From positions 41,381-105,380 of the IMG/VR virus record IMGVR_UViG_3300009514_000007: a stretch of DNA of 64,000 nt. The stretch is one strand, 5' to 3'. The notes beneath the pieces were generated by a model. The model saw only the letters and a list, made by a program, of their open reading frames with translations. It had not been told where the DNA came from and did no database searches. A program made the translations under genes and the position numbers. Source of the DNA: a virus. Position 1 is the first letter of the stretch. Each line of letters starts with the position of its first letter. Shown in pieces: positions 1 to 10,610 of this stretch.

Positions 1-3000
1 CCCAAAACCGAAACAGAGGCCGGTAGCCGAGCCCCTGGCAACGACACCCTCACGCTCCTGTCGGATCGGGCCATTGCCAAGCAGTACAACGCCGATGCGG
101 GGGATGGGTTCTGGCGCACGCTCGACATCGCTTACGAGCCGATCAACCGAGGCTTCCAAGCCGTCACGTTCTTGGGGAACCTCACCGCCCTGGCGATTGC
201 GGGCACGCTGCTGGAGATCGGGGGCTACCCCTTCATCGTCGCAGGCAACTCGCTTTCGGAGGATGGGACCAAGACGGTCGTGGACCTTACGACCCCATCT
301 CCCACGGGGTTCTTTGCTGCGCAGGACGAGGCGCGTCTGTCCGTGCGCCCCGTGTACCCGCCTAGCCCCACGATGTTCTTGGGGGTAGGGGCCATTCTGC
401 CCGAGGACGAGGTTGAGGCCGTTCTGTTTGGAGAGACTGATGAATCTGGCGATCTTCTTCCTGGCCGCACGCTCCGACTCACGCTCGACTACGCCCTCGA
501 TTTCGACACGGGTACGATCGAATTTCTCTCGCCGACGCAGGCGCCTCTCCGCTCTGGTCAAACGCTCTACCTTCGCCGCACGCAGGTCGGTGTCCTGGCT
601 CCGATCATCGCCGACGAGGTAGTGATCAACCCGCGCTTCTTGGCGCGTTACGCCCATGCCATCGCCCCGTCGAACGACAACGGCATCCTTGGGGAGACAC
701 TGCGGGCGAGCTACACGTTTGCAGCCCCCGACGCATTCTTCTACCGCTCCGTGCCGCTCGTGGACTACATGGCCGAGATCGCGGGTGAGATTTCGTCGGA
801 CATCGCCGCCCAACTGCCGAGCAACGGAGCCACCCCCGCCATCGCCCCCGCGATCAAAAACTACACGCAGGGTGGCCTTGGGCTCAAGGCACAACTTGAG
901 GATCTGCGCGACCAGGATCGTGCCGCCCGTGTGTTCATCGAGTTCTACAACGGGACCGTGCTCGCCTTTGAGCAGGTCTTGGAGACGATCTCGGGTGACA
1001 TAATCGGGGACCGTGATGGCAAGTTCAAATTCTTCATCGGCCGGGACAAGGACATCCCGCCACCCGGCTACGAGGATGCCATTACGGGGCGGCTCAACAC
1101 GCGCAACATCTTCTCGGAGTTGTTCTTTGCGTACAACCGCAACCTGATTTTTCTGACCCGAGACGCGCTGGTCGAGCCCGACACGGCGACCCTCGACGGT
1201 GATCGGATCGTCGGGAAATTCATCGATCCTGATTTCCTGTCTGACCTGTCAGATCAGCAACGCGAGTTTGTCCAGAACGACATTGACGATCTCGTGCTCG
1301 TCAAGCGAACGCGAAAGCGTCTGCGCCTCAATCCCTTCCGCCTGGAGGCGTTTGGACGCTATCGCACCTTGGGCGAGCCTTCTCGGTTCTCTCGTCTGTT
1401 CCCGCAGCGTTCCCAAGCCTTCATGCTGACGGACCCCGGCATCGAGGCGGACCTGGAATCAGACCCGATAGACCCCGGTGTTTACGCCTTCCGCAAGAAG
1501 ATCAGTCGCCTTTCGTTCAAGGGGGGCATCCAGCTTCCCAAACGAGCGAGTACGTTCCGCAAGACCATCGCGGACATCTCTAACCCGGTGCTCGGCACGA
1601 TGGAGGGTATCTCTCGTGTCGCGCTCCGCGAGCGCCTGCCTCGTGCCCGCGTGTTCGCCTACTCGGAGACAGGGTTCCCCGACCTGGATGCCGATCTGGT
1701 CGCGGCGGGCTTCGACTCGTTCACGGCAAGTCCTCGACCGGCTGTGATCGCCACGGTCCTGCCTCTACACCAGTTCCCGATCCGCGACGATGGTCTTCCC
1801 GACCTTGAGCAGTTGATCGCTAACGGTGGAGGACTGCCGGATCTTTCGACCGGCGACCCGGATCTGTTCACGCCTGAATTCATCACGACGGACCCCGACA
1901 ATGGGCGGTACCCGATGGTCGCGTTTGGGCGCCCAACCGGCCAGATCATCGACGTGGCCGTCACCGATACGCTCAACGTCGGATTCCTGACCTTTTCCTC
2001 CAAGGTGTTCCGCAAGGTCTTTGTCAACGAGGTCATGCTTGGGTGCGTCATTACGTTCGGCAAGGACGACGCCACCCGGATTGAGTCGGCCAGCGAGATC
2101 ATCGAGGTTGGCGAGGAACCTGACGAGGGCGAACCCCTGACCTTGGAGCGCGGGGACACGGTGTTTGTCACCCCGCCTGATGTGGACCTGGAGGCGGACG
2201 ACCCTCCCGACAACGAGGACACGGCGGTCGCTGCCACCGGGATCCCCGGCTATCGGATCGGCTTCGACGTGAAGGTGGACACGAACGATGGTGAGCTTGT
2301 CGAGAACACCTGGCCTTCGTTTACTGACCCGAGCATCTTCGGGCTCAAGGAGATCTTCGGACAGAAGCCTCCTAAGCCCCTCGATCATCTTGAGGCCATC
2401 GTGTCGTTCCGAAACACGCTGGTCGAGCCCGCACCCATCCCCGCTTTGACGGGTGGGCCTTTGAACGACTCGGGCGACTACACGCTCCCCTATCTGGTAG
2501 CAGGGAACACGGAGATCGATCGGTTGGGCGAGGTTACCAAGGCGTTCGACGCCCTGCTCGCCCTCGATACTCCGGTCCCATCGGCCGTCTACCCGGACGA
2601 GATCTTGGGCAACGACGGGCTAATCCTCGCCGACCTCGATGTCACAACTCCACCCGGCGCTCTTTTGACGGCACAGGATGCCACTCCTGTTGCCACGAAC
2701 GCCGGAGTGTATGTCGAGCATTCGGGTATTGGGGACGTGGGGCAGTTTGATTTCCTGTTGGTCGAGCGCGGCCAGCCTGGCTTGCTTGCCGACGCGACAG
2801 GCATCTTGTCTGTCGGGGCTGTCGAGGGGGATGCGAGCGGAAGCGTCATTGAGCCTCCGCGATTTGTGTCCCCATCGAGCGTAGGTACGCGGATCCGCTA
2901 CACGTTTAACAATGTGATCTCGTTCGTCAACCAACTGCCGAGCGCCAACCCGCCCGGCATGGTGATCTCGCGTTTCGGCACGGACACCATCTTTGACTGC

Positions 3001-6000
3001 ACGTCTATCTCCCCTGCGTTCCTGGTATTCAACGACGGCTCGCCTCCACCAAGCCCGACTGGCGGCTTGAACGACATTATCGACGCCGCTGCCATTGGCC
3101 TTGCCTATCCCGGTAGCACGAACGTCATACGCATTCACCTGTGGACGGCGGACGACGGGGTAACTCCGCCTACGTTCTTGCAGACGGTCGAGATCGACAT
3201 CAATGCTGGTGCGCCGGTCGAGGTCACGGGCAACGCTGGCACTGTGTCTCCGGCTGGTATCTCGGCATCAGAGATCGAATTCGATCAGCAGGTGCTCACC
3301 ATTGACTCGCCCGCTTTCGTGAGCATTGGCGGAGCCCCCGGAGACATTCCCGAGGACCCGACGAACCTTGGCTTCTCGGTGCCGCTGTGGTTCACGATCG
3401 ACGTTGACGTGTCTGATGTGGGAGCAGGCTCGGGAACGGGGTACATCGACACTGACCGGCTCTCGTTTGTGGAGAGCTACGACCTTCGCTCGGTGCGTAG
3501 TCGGGACGAGCCGGATGTAGACACCAGGAATGTCAGTGGTGATTTGGAGGTGTTCACCATTTCAGGGCCGGGGTCTAGCGACATCACCGTGAACGGAGCG
3601 ACCGAGGTTAACGGCGGCTTGGCCTTTACCTGGAAAGACCGCTCGGCTGTGTTCCCGTTCACGGGAGGCGAGTTTGATTTCACGGGCGAAGGTCGGATCA
3701 AGGTCATGGCCTTTGAGGGGCACGGCAACGTGGCTCTCGCCTCGACGCAACCCGTCGTGTTCTCGGCGATCCCATCCTCCCCGCAAGATGAAATCGGGGT
3801 GATCACGGCGGGTGAAGGCTCGTGTGAAGGTGGCCTGACTGATTTCGACAACCGGATTGCAGTGGACGATACGGACATCGACCCCGGCGTTGCGGGTTCG
3901 GGCGCTGTCTTGGGGAGGATCCAGCCTGGTGACATCGCTGTGATCACGGCTTCCAATCTTCCTGCGCTTGTAGGAACGAGCAAGGCTGGCACGTACCTTG
4001 TCAAGCACGCCGTTGCCCCTGACTCGGGGGCTAATTACGGCTCGTACACAATCCTGAGTAAGACACTCCCGCTCAACTCGACGGCAGGGGCTATTCAATT
4101 CCGCTTCCCCACGCTCGTTTCTCTGGATACCTTTGCGGGGAAACTGGTTCTTGACACCACTTTGCTGTCGGATGGCACGCCTGCATGGCGCCTACCCATC
4201 GCAGCGGACACCCGCATCTGGTTTATCCCCGACCCCACGGACATCCGAACGGTTGTGAGCGTCGAGTACACGGCTCACAACGCTTTGACCGGGGAGTTCA
4301 CCATCGACCTCGGTACGATCGAGGATATTTCGGGTGGTCTCGCTAGCTTCCCTGACTCTATCGTTCCTGGCATCACCGTCTCGGGTTTCGCTCGTGCGGA
4401 GATTCGGTTCGACCGCGCCGGGCTCGGGCTGCCTCGTAACCTCGTCGGGTACCGCAACGACCCCGCCGCTCCAGCCTTCCCCGATGCCGCGTTTGGGTTT
4501 GGCAAGGTCACGATCGGAAACCCGACCTCTCAAGATGTGGCTGGCGTGGATACTCCCCTCCAGCCTGGCATTGGCCCCTCTGTGCTCACTCGCGCGGCTT
4601 CGCTTGTGAATGAAGCTGCGGCTCCTACAGACACTCCAGCAATCCCTGAGATCTTGATCGCCGAGGGCACGCCGATCGCCAACACGTCCTTTGATTCGGA
4701 CCCTGATGCGTTGGTTTATGAGAGTGTTGCTGCGGTCTTTATCTTCGCTCTTGACGCTACCGAGTGGACGAAAGTACACGGAGAAATCCCCTTCCCCGGC
4801 GGAGCTTCTGGGCCGGGGGTGCGTTGTCTCTACCCGAGCGACACCGTTGAGGTAGAGTTTCGGGCACAGGCAGGAGTGTTCCTTGAGCCCTCGGTGCCCC
4901 GTCCCGTGCTCGACCTGGCGAGTGGCGGCCCCAAGGTGGTCGATGCCGGAAACTCGTTGGTCGCGTCTCAAATCGGGATGCGAGATGGCGGCTTTTTTGG
5001 CGTCTCTTTGGCCCCCAACGGGACTGAGAAGGTGCGGTTTGAGGTTCGGCGTATCCGTCGTTTTCACAAGGCGATGGACAACATCGGCGATCTGTTGGCC
5101 CCGTTGAGGTACGCCTACGAGATTCGCACTGGCGTTGTGGACTCGTTTGGCCCGCAGAACCTTCCGCCACAGAACCAGCCGTGGCCTTACGTGATTGAGG
5201 CGGCTGGCGGCACGCAGCTTGGCCCGTTTGACGACGATGACGTGAACGTGAATCCCGGTGATTTCTTCCGTCTGCTCGATGCGAACGGGAAGCTGATTGA
5301 CGAGGTAGAGATCGGGGCCGTGGTCGATGGGGATCGGCTGGCGTTGAAAGCTCCGGGGATCTTGGCAGTCACACCTGCCAACGCGGCGGGGCTCTCGTTT
5401 GAGATCTACTTGCGGAAGCCTCCCGTTCCACACGCACAGTCGAACGAGCAGCTTCTTGACCTGCTCACAGACGAGGTACTGGTCGAGCGTTCGGCTGACT
5501 ACGCCGCACAGACGGGCGGGTGGGCTCCGATCCAGGCTACACCCTTGGACCCGCGCAAGCTCAAGGACACCGACAACGCGATCAACTTTGCGGCAGCCGG
5601 GGTACAAGAGGGAGACATCGTGATCATCGACCCGGCTGGCGAGGTCCGTGGGCCGACTGGACTACCGGCGACCGGGCAAGAGCGAGGCATTCGTCCGTTC
5701 GGGGACCGCTCTGTCCCCAACCGGATCCTTGCGCAGCCGGGGCAAGAGGTTCCTTTCATCGCCGGGGCTCCCTCCGAGCTTGACGACAACCGTGGATGGT
5801 ATCGCGTCACTGAGGCTGACTCGGTGTCCGTCACGGTGAACGGCGAGAACACATTTGCCGGGCCTGGCGCAAGCCCGGTCACGTTCGGAGACGAGGCTGA
5901 GTACGCTGTCCTCCCAACGATCAGCAACTCGACGGCTCCGTTCGCTGATCCGGGAGGTGGGCCGGGGGTCGAGGGTCAAAATGACCTCCGACCGACCGGG

Positions 6001-6687
6001 TTCGCAGGAGAATACGGATCTGCGGGAGACTCGTACCAAGGCAACCTGTTCTCCATCGCCCCCTTCGGTTATCGGATCATCCGCCCTTCGGCGCTGTTCT
6101 CGGACGAGGCGGTGGATCTGATCTGCTTCATGCGAGAGCGAACCTTGAGCTTCATCGAGGAATTCGACGTATTGCTCCAGGGACGCAAGCACGGGAGCTA
6201 TTTCGTGTTTCAGCGCGACCAGCACATCGCGGATCTCGGGAATCCTCTTATCCCCGATGAAGGGTTGGGGGTTATGAGCAACGCGCTGATCAGAGGGGTA
6301 GCCGGGGAGACGCAGATCTCGCCGTTTGCGAACACCAGCGATTCGCTGGCTGTGCTTGATCGGCGCTTTTGGGTCAACGATTTCCGACTCGACGGTGAGA
6401 CGCCCTCGTTCCAGGCGGGTGTGCCGACCTACGCGACGTTGGAGAACAACAGTGGCAACCCGGCCGCGTCGGAGGGGGACGGCCGCCCCGTCCTGCCTGA
6501 TCTCATCACGGGCGTACTCGACAACAATGACCAATTCCGTCCGCTACGTCTGTCGTGGATCGATTACCGGGTCAATCGTGAGGATGGCAAGGCGCCCGAG
6601 ATCGAGAGGACTGCCGCCCGACTGCCAAAGGAGCGAAGCAAACAACGACGAGCCTTGCGTCAGAGCAAGGCGCTGGAGGACACCTGA
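1..6687 (+). CDS. Giant virion structural protein, 5'-truncated (over 2,200 aa), probably tail/baseplate
   Basis: Frame 1 is open from position 1 (PKTETEAGSRAPGNDTL...) to TGA 6685-6687, so the true start is upstream of the window, not the TTG at 172. Acidic, Gly/Pro/Thr-rich and upstream of baseplate genes. No family recognised. Confidence 0.8.
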   Translation, partial: PKTETEAGSRAPGNDTLTLLSDRAIAKQYNADAGDGFWRTLDIAYEPINRGFQAVTFLGNLTALAIAGTLLEIGGYPFIVAGNSLSEDGTKTVVDLTTPSPTGFFAAQDEARLSVRPVYPPSPTMFLGVGAILPEDEVEAVLFGETDESGDLLPGRTLRLTLDYALDFDTGTIEFLSPTQAPLRSGQTLYLRRTQVGVLAPIIADEVVINPRFLARYAHAIAPSNDNGILGETLRASYTFAAPDAFFYRSVPLVDYMAEIAGEISSDIAAQLPSNGATPAIAPAIKNYTQGGLGLKAQLEDLRDQDRAARVFIEFYNGTVLAFEQVLETISGDIIGDRDGKFKFFIGRDKDIPPPGYEDAITGRLNTRNIFSELFFAYNRNLIFLTRDALVEPDTATLDGDRIVGKFIDPDFLSDLSDQQREFVQNDIDDLVLVKRTRKRLRLNPFRLEAFGRYRTLGEPSRFSRLFPQRSQAFMLTDPGIEADLESDPIDPGVYAFRKKISRLSFKGGIQLPKRASTFRKTIADISNPVLGTMEGISRVALRERLPRARVFAYSETGFPDLDADLVAAGFDSFTASPRPAVIATVLPLHQFPIRDDGLPDLEQLIANGGGLPDLSTGDPDLFTPEFITTDPDNGRYPMVAFGRPTGQIIDVAVTDTLNVGFLTFSSKVFRKVFVNEVMLGCVITFGKDDATRIESASEIIEVGEEPDEGEPLTLERGDTVFVTPPDVDLEADDPPDNEDTAVAATGIPGYRIGFDVKVDTNDGELVENTWPSFTDPSIFGLKEIFGQKPPKPLDHLEAIVSFRNTLVEPAPIPALTGGPLNDSGDYTLPYLVAGNTEIDRLGEVTKAFDALLALDTPVPSAVYPDEILGNDGLILADLDVTTPPGALLTAQDATPVATNAGVYVEHSGIGDVGQFDFLLVERGQPGLLADATGILSVGAVEGDASGSVIEPPRFVSPSSVGTRIRYTFNNVISFVNQLPSANPPGMVISRFGTDTIFDCTSISPAFLVFNDGSPPPSPTGGLNDIIDAAAIGLAYPGSTNVIRIHLWTADDGVTPPTFLQTVEIDINAGAPVEVTGNAGTVSPAGISASEIEFDQQVLTIDSPAFVSIGGAPGDIPEDPTNLGFSVPLWFTIDVDVSDVGAGSGTGYIDTDRLSFVESYDLRSVRSRDEPDVDTRNVSGDLEVFTISGPGSSDITVNGATEVNGGLAFTWKDRSAVFPFTGGEFDFTGEGRIKVMAFEGHGNVALASTQPVVFSAIPSSPQDEIGVITAGEGSCEGGLTDFDNRIAVDDTDIDPGVAGSGAVLGRIQPGDIAVITASNLPALVGTSKAGTYLVKHAVAPDSGANYGSYTILSKTLPLNSTAGAIQFRFPTLVSLDTFAGKLVLDTTLLSDGTPAWRLPIAADTRIWFIPDPTDIRTVVSVEYTAHNALTGEFTIDLGTIEDISGGLASFPDSIVPGITVSGFARAEIRFDRAGLGLPRNLVGYRNDPAAPAFPDAAFGFGKVTIGNPTSQDVAGVDTPLQPGIGPSVLTRAASLVNEAAAPTDTPAIPEILIAEGTPIANTSFDSDPDALVYESVAAVFIFALDATEWTKVHGEIPFPGGASGPGVRCLYPSDTVEVEFRAQAGVFLEPSVPRPVLDLASGGPKVVDAGNSLVASQIGMRDGGFFGVSLAPNGTEKVRFEVRRIRRFHKAMDNIGDLLAPLRYAYEIRTGVVDSFGPQNLPPQNQPWPYVIEAAGGTQLGPFDDDDVNVNPGDFFRLLDANGKLIDEVEIGAVVDGDRLALKAPGILAVTPANAAGLSFEIYLRKPPVPHAQSNEQLLDLLTDEVLVERSADYAAQTGGWAPIQATPLDPRKLKDTDNAINFAAAGVQEGDIVIIDPAGEVRGPTGLPATGQERGIRPFGDRSVPNRILAQPGQEVPFIAGAPSELDDNRGWYRVTEADSVSVTVNGENTFAGPGASPVTFGDEAEYAVLPTISNSTAPFADPGGGPGVEGQNDLRPTGFAGEYGSAGDSYQGNLFSIAPFGYRIIRPSALFSDEAVDLICFMRERTLSFIEEFDVLLQGRKHGSYFVFQRDQHIADLGNPLIPDEGLGVMSNALIRGVAGETQISPFANTSDSLAVLDRRFWVNDFRLDGETPSFQAGVPTYATLENNSGNPAASEGDGRPVLPDLITGVLDNNDQFRPLRLSWIDYRVNREDGKAPEIERTAARLPKERSKQRRALRQSKALEDT

Positions 6688-6950
6688 TGTCTACTGACTG
6701 GCCCGACGATCTTACGCCGGAGGAAATTCGGCAGCGTCTCAAGGAGATGGGGATCCCCGTCGATCAATGGGAAGGTGACGCCGAGTCCGACAAGGACGCG
6801 AAGGCGTTTACCTTGCCGACCTTTGAACGCCTCGCCAGGAGTGCTGAGGTTTTGAAAGGGATGCTGGAGAAGCGGATCGAGGAAGACAAAGCCACCATCG
6901 CAACCCTCAAGGAAAAGGAATCCCGCTTGCTGCACGGCGGAGGAAGGTAG
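6687..6950 (+). CDS. Small coiled-coil hypothetical protein (87 aa)
   Basis: TGATG overlap with the upstream stop; C-terminal heptad-like segment LKGMLEKRIEEDKATIATLKEKE. Confidence 0.75.
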   Translation: MSTDWPDDLTPEEIRQRLKEMGIPVDQWEGDAESDKDAKAFTLPTFERLARSAEVLKGMLEKRIEEDKATIATLKEKESRLLHGGGR

Positions 6951-6953
6951 CCA

Positions 6954-9665
6954 GTGCCGAATCCCGAACAAGGTGGAGGGGAACAAGGGATCGTAGGGAC
7001 GTGGCAAACCGTCAACCTTGCGATTCCAGATTTCCTTGCGCAGATCCGCGAGGCGGTCAACGCCTTCTTTTCTGCGATCATCCAGCTACTCAACATTCTC
7101 CTGGCGATCCTGGAGGTCTTGAAAACGCTGGCGTTCGGGTTCCTCGATCCGATTATCGCACTGATCGAGGCACTGCTTGCTCAGATCGAAGCGTTCTTGC
7201 GTGACCTTCGGAACGCGGGCCTCTACATCCACGGCGATTTCTACATCCTTGAGGGGCCGGAGTTCAAAGACCTGCTCGGAGGCTACAACGCCTACGAGAC
7301 GCGGATGATCACTCGGTTCGTTGACCGCCGTGACCCGAATCGCCCAGACATCTCCAGCCGCTCGGCGTGCCTCGCTGTGTTCTTGTATGTGTCGGTGGAC
7401 CTCACGGCGTTCCATCGCCTGCTTCGCCTGCTTCGCGGCATCCTTGGGTTGTTCAACCGCAACGTGCCTCTGCCCCCCTCGGTGGGTCAGGTGACGAACC
7501 TGAACGCGAGCTTTGGGTTGGAGGGGGCATCGATCTTCTCGTTCAAGAAATCGTTTTTCCCCGACGCACGCCTCAAGACGAACGAGGGTCTGAATCAGGG
7601 GAACATCAACACGGTCAACTTGACCTGGAACATGGCCCCGACGCCGGGCAACTTTGTGACCCTGTTCCCGCAGCTTCCACCGCGTGGTTTCCTGGTCGAA
7701 ATCTCCACGATCTTTGAGCCGCTAAAACTCACCTACGAGAAGCCCCCCAAGGGAGCCGACCAAGCGGTTGAGTCTGACCCTTCGCTCTCGCCCCCCAAGC
7801 GCGAGGCTGGACCGATCACAGATCGTGATGGCAACCAGATTCTCCTGACGGGTGGTGCGGACTGGCTGGATTTCAACCCTGCTCTCAAGTTCAACTCCAT
7901 CGCGGGCTTTGGTCCTTCGCTTACCCCCAAGGTCTACGGGATCAAGGCACTCACCGATGCGGTGCCTGTGCCCTTGGAAGACCTCAAGCAAGGCAACAAG
8001 CACTACCTGCAAAAGACTTTCTTTGTCCCGACCGCGCAAAGCCTGTTTTTCCCCGGCAAGGGATACGGCGTCACTCTTAAATTTGACGAGATGCCGTTCG
8101 CGGCCGAGTGGGAATTCAAGTCGGGCTTGTTGGGGGGTAGCGTCACGGCAAAGCGCATCGCTGACGACGAGCAGCCGCAGCGTTATTACGTGCGCGTGCG
8201 TGCGGTTTCCAAGGCCATCTCCGACGTAGGTGATTTCCGTTGGCTGCTCGACAACCAAGATTTTGAGCGGGGTTCTCCAGTGATGGCTCGTCTTCCCGGT
8301 CAAGGGAACAATGCGATCACTCCCGAGGACGTGGGGCCAGCCTCGTCTCCTTTTGAGCTTGTGTGGCCGAGTGTCAACACGGAGGACTACCTGCGGTGTG
8401 TCGCCGAGGCCCTGTGCCTGATGGTCCTGGCGCGTGCTGACCTCTCGGTCAAGGTGGGATCGGATGCGGTGCCCGAGGACGGTAGCTCGGCGGGCGAGAT
8501 GATTCTCGATTACCCTCCGCGTGCCGGGCAACTTGAGGACGGGCATCAGATATACACCGGATGGCCCGCGTTTGAGGGGTCGGCCCGACTGCGAACACAG
8601 CTTGAGGACGCTGCCCAGATCCACATGGTCCGAGTGATCGGGCGGAACCGACGCGTCAGCAAATACTACTCCGGGGACCAAAGCGAACGCCTGACCAAAT
8701 GGAGACAGGGCCTCTACCACCGCTGCGTCAATTGGACGAGTCAGCTTTTCCGACAAAACCGGCCCACGGCTACGTTGGAGAAGCTGGTCGTAGACCGTTG
8801 CCAAGGGTTGCTCAACTTTGACCTTGGCGCGTTCGGCTACGAAGAAGAGGGGGACAACCCAGACCGTCCGTTGAATCTCGATGCCGACATGGTTGGCGGC
8901 GGGTTGTTGGCACTGCTTCTCGACACTCGTGAGTACGCGGGTATTGCCCCGAACCGGCTTTCCACGGGGGCGCCAAATATCCGCGCCCAAGTGCAGACTC
9001 GTGATCTTGGATTTCTGCAACGTGGTCCTCACTTTTTCAGCACGGCCCACGAGGGAACGCTCACCTTTGACGGCAAGGTGTTTTCGCAAGGTAAAGGCTC
9101 TCGTGACAGCGATGTGCCGGTGGTCTACCAGCGGAATTCTCGCGTGCTGATCAAGGCCGATTTCCTGCGCAATCTCGTCAACGACGACATCTATGAGCAG
9201 GCCGCGTTTGCACTCCGCATCGCCACGGGTCCGCTTGCTCGTCCACAGGAAAAGGGCTGGATCGCCATCCGTCTGTTTCCGCAGGGCATCCCTGACATCG
9301 ACCGCTTCTTGGAGGAATTGCTGGCGCTGCTCAAGTCGATCGCAGCCGCACTCCAATCGATCGCAGACCTGATTCGACGTTTCATTGAATTCCTGCAAGC
9401 TCGGATCATCGAGCTACAGGCGCTTCTCAACCGTATCAATGCCACCATCCAAAACCTCTTGACCCTGTTTGGAGGTCTTCCGGCTGTTGCCGGGCTCGTC
9501 ACGGTCGCCAATGGCACCGATGGGGTTCTGGCATCGTTTGTCAGCGCGCAGAACAAACCCTTTGACTCCCCGGCCGCCTACGGGGGCGGGGTCGTTCTGT
9601 TTGCTGGTGGCATACCTTCCATCGCCTTGGACATTTTCAAGGCGCTGGTTCAAGGAGACGACTGA
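6954..9665 (+). CDS. Virion protein with amphipathic helical segments at both termini (903 aa)
   Basis: Long ORF in the structural block with GGAGG upstream. N-terminal FFSAIIQLLNILLAILEVLKTL and C-terminal FLEELLALLKSIAAALQSIADLIRRF helices. Confidence 0.8.
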   Translation: MPNPEQGGGEQGIVGTWQTVNLAIPDFLAQIREAVNAFFSAIIQLLNILLAILEVLKTLAFGFLDPIIALIEALLAQIEAFLRDLRNAGLYIHGDFYILEGPEFKDLLGGYNAYETRMITRFVDRRDPNRPDISSRSACLAVFLYVSVDLTAFHRLLRLLRGILGLFNRNVPLPPSVGQVTNLNASFGLEGASIFSFKKSFFPDARLKTNEGLNQGNINTVNLTWNMAPTPGNFVTLFPQLPPRGFLVEISTIFEPLKLTYEKPPKGADQAVESDPSLSPPKREAGPITDRDGNQILLTGGADWLDFNPALKFNSIAGFGPSLTPKVYGIKALTDAVPVPLEDLKQGNKHYLQKTFFVPTAQSLFFPGKGYGVTLKFDEMPFAAEWEFKSGLLGGSVTAKRIADDEQPQRYYVRVRAVSKAISDVGDFRWLLDNQDFERGSPVMARLPGQGNNAITPEDVGPASSPFELVWPSVNTEDYLRCVAEALCLMVLARADLSVKVGSDAVPEDGSSAGEMILDYPPRAGQLEDGHQIYTGWPAFEGSARLRTQLEDAAQIHMVRVIGRNRRVSKYYSGDQSERLTKWRQGLYHRCVNWTSQLFRQNRPTATLEKLVVDRCQGLLNFDLGAFGYEEEGDNPDRPLNLDADMVGGGLLALLLDTREYAGIAPNRLSTGAPNIRAQVQTRDLGFLQRGPHFFSTAHEGTLTFDGKVFSQGKGSRDSDVPVVYQRNSRVLIKADFLRNLVNDDIYEQAAFALRIATGPLARPQEKGWIAIRLFPQGIPDIDRFLEELLALLKSIAAALQSIADLIRRFIEFLQARIIELQALLNRINATIQNLLTLFGGLPAVAGLVTVANGTDGVLASFVSAQNKPFDSPAAYGGGVVLFAGGIPSIALDIFKALVQGDD

Positions 9666-10579
9666 TGTTTGGGTTTCTGTGCGCGTTCCGACAGACGCAG
9701 TGGCGCAACTTTCGTGCCTTCATCTTGAATGAGCGCCGGGCCGTGGATGCTCGCTTGGCGATGATTGACGCAGAGCTTACCCGCATCGGGAAGATCCAGG
9801 CGATCTATGAAACCCGAGCCGAAGCAGTCGCCAACTCCACGGGTCAGACGGAGGTCGCGTCGGCCGTGAACGAGCGCCGCGTGGGCCTACTTGTCACGGA
9901 AGGGTCGAGCCTACACAAGCTGCTCCAGGCGTATATCGCTCAAGGGGGTAGCCCATGGGAGATTTCGCTGTTTCTCCAGCCTGACTCTGTGGAATTCGTG
10001 CGTGAGGTAGACCCGGAGGAAGACCCCGACGACAACCCCGACATCGAGATCAACGACCGTGAGGTAGAGGGGGTGGACAACCAACAGCCCCACTTTGGTG
10101 TGGTCGCAACGAAACCCGGAAGCCGAGGCTCGGGTGGCGGTGACGAGGGAGGGTGGCTGACGTGGGGTCGTTTCAGTTGGGCACGGGCTGGACGAATGGT
10201 GGACATCTCCGAAGCCGGGTCCGACATCGCGTTTCAGGTTGACCATGCGCGACGGTGGGCGAACCAGTCGATCGCGGCACTCAACCACTTGGAGTCCAAG
10301 GTGATCAAGTTGATGGACCTGCGCGAGCAACTGATCACGGAACGCGACGAGCTATTGACTCAATCCGTGGGGGGCTCGGTGGACAGTCTCCCGGTGCCGG
10401 ACGACAGCCGGTTTCACGCGGGCCTTCACGTTACTGCGATTGTCGAATACTTTGATCGGATCTTTTACGGGGAGGACGCCAACGGCAATCGGTCCTTCGC
10501 TATCTCCAACATTCAGGCTCTCGCCGAATTCGATGTCCTGTGGCCGGATCAGCCAGAGGACGACATCTATCACACGTAA
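9665..10579 (+). CDS. Hypothetical virion-associated protein (304 aa)
   Basis: TGATG coupling to the upstream gene; helical/coiled-coil character. Confidence 0.8.
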   Translation: MFGFLCAFRQTQWRNFRAFILNERRAVDARLAMIDAELTRIGKIQAIYETRAEAVANSTGQTEVASAVNERRVGLLVTEGSSLHKLLQAYIAQGGSPWEISLFLQPDSVEFVREVDPEEDPDDNPDIEINDREVEGVDNQQPHFGVVATKPGSRGSGGGDEGGWLTWGRFSWARAGRMVDISEAGSDIAFQVDHARRWANQSIAALNHLESKVIKLMDLREQLITERDELLTQSVGGSVDSLPVPDDSRFHAGLHVTAIVEYFDRIFYGEDANGNRSFAISNIQALAEFDVLWPDQPEDDIYHT

Positions 10580-10583
10580 TTCT

Positions 10584-10590
10584 GCCTATA
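10584..10590 (+). promoter_or_regulatory. Candidate late promoter element GCCTATA
   Basis: The same heptamer recurs in intergenic gaps at 16704 and 37888 (variant GCCTATG at 26042); 20 nt upstream of the GTG at 10611. Confidence 0.55.
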
Positions 10591-10610
10591 CCTAACCAGA
10601 GACAAGAACC

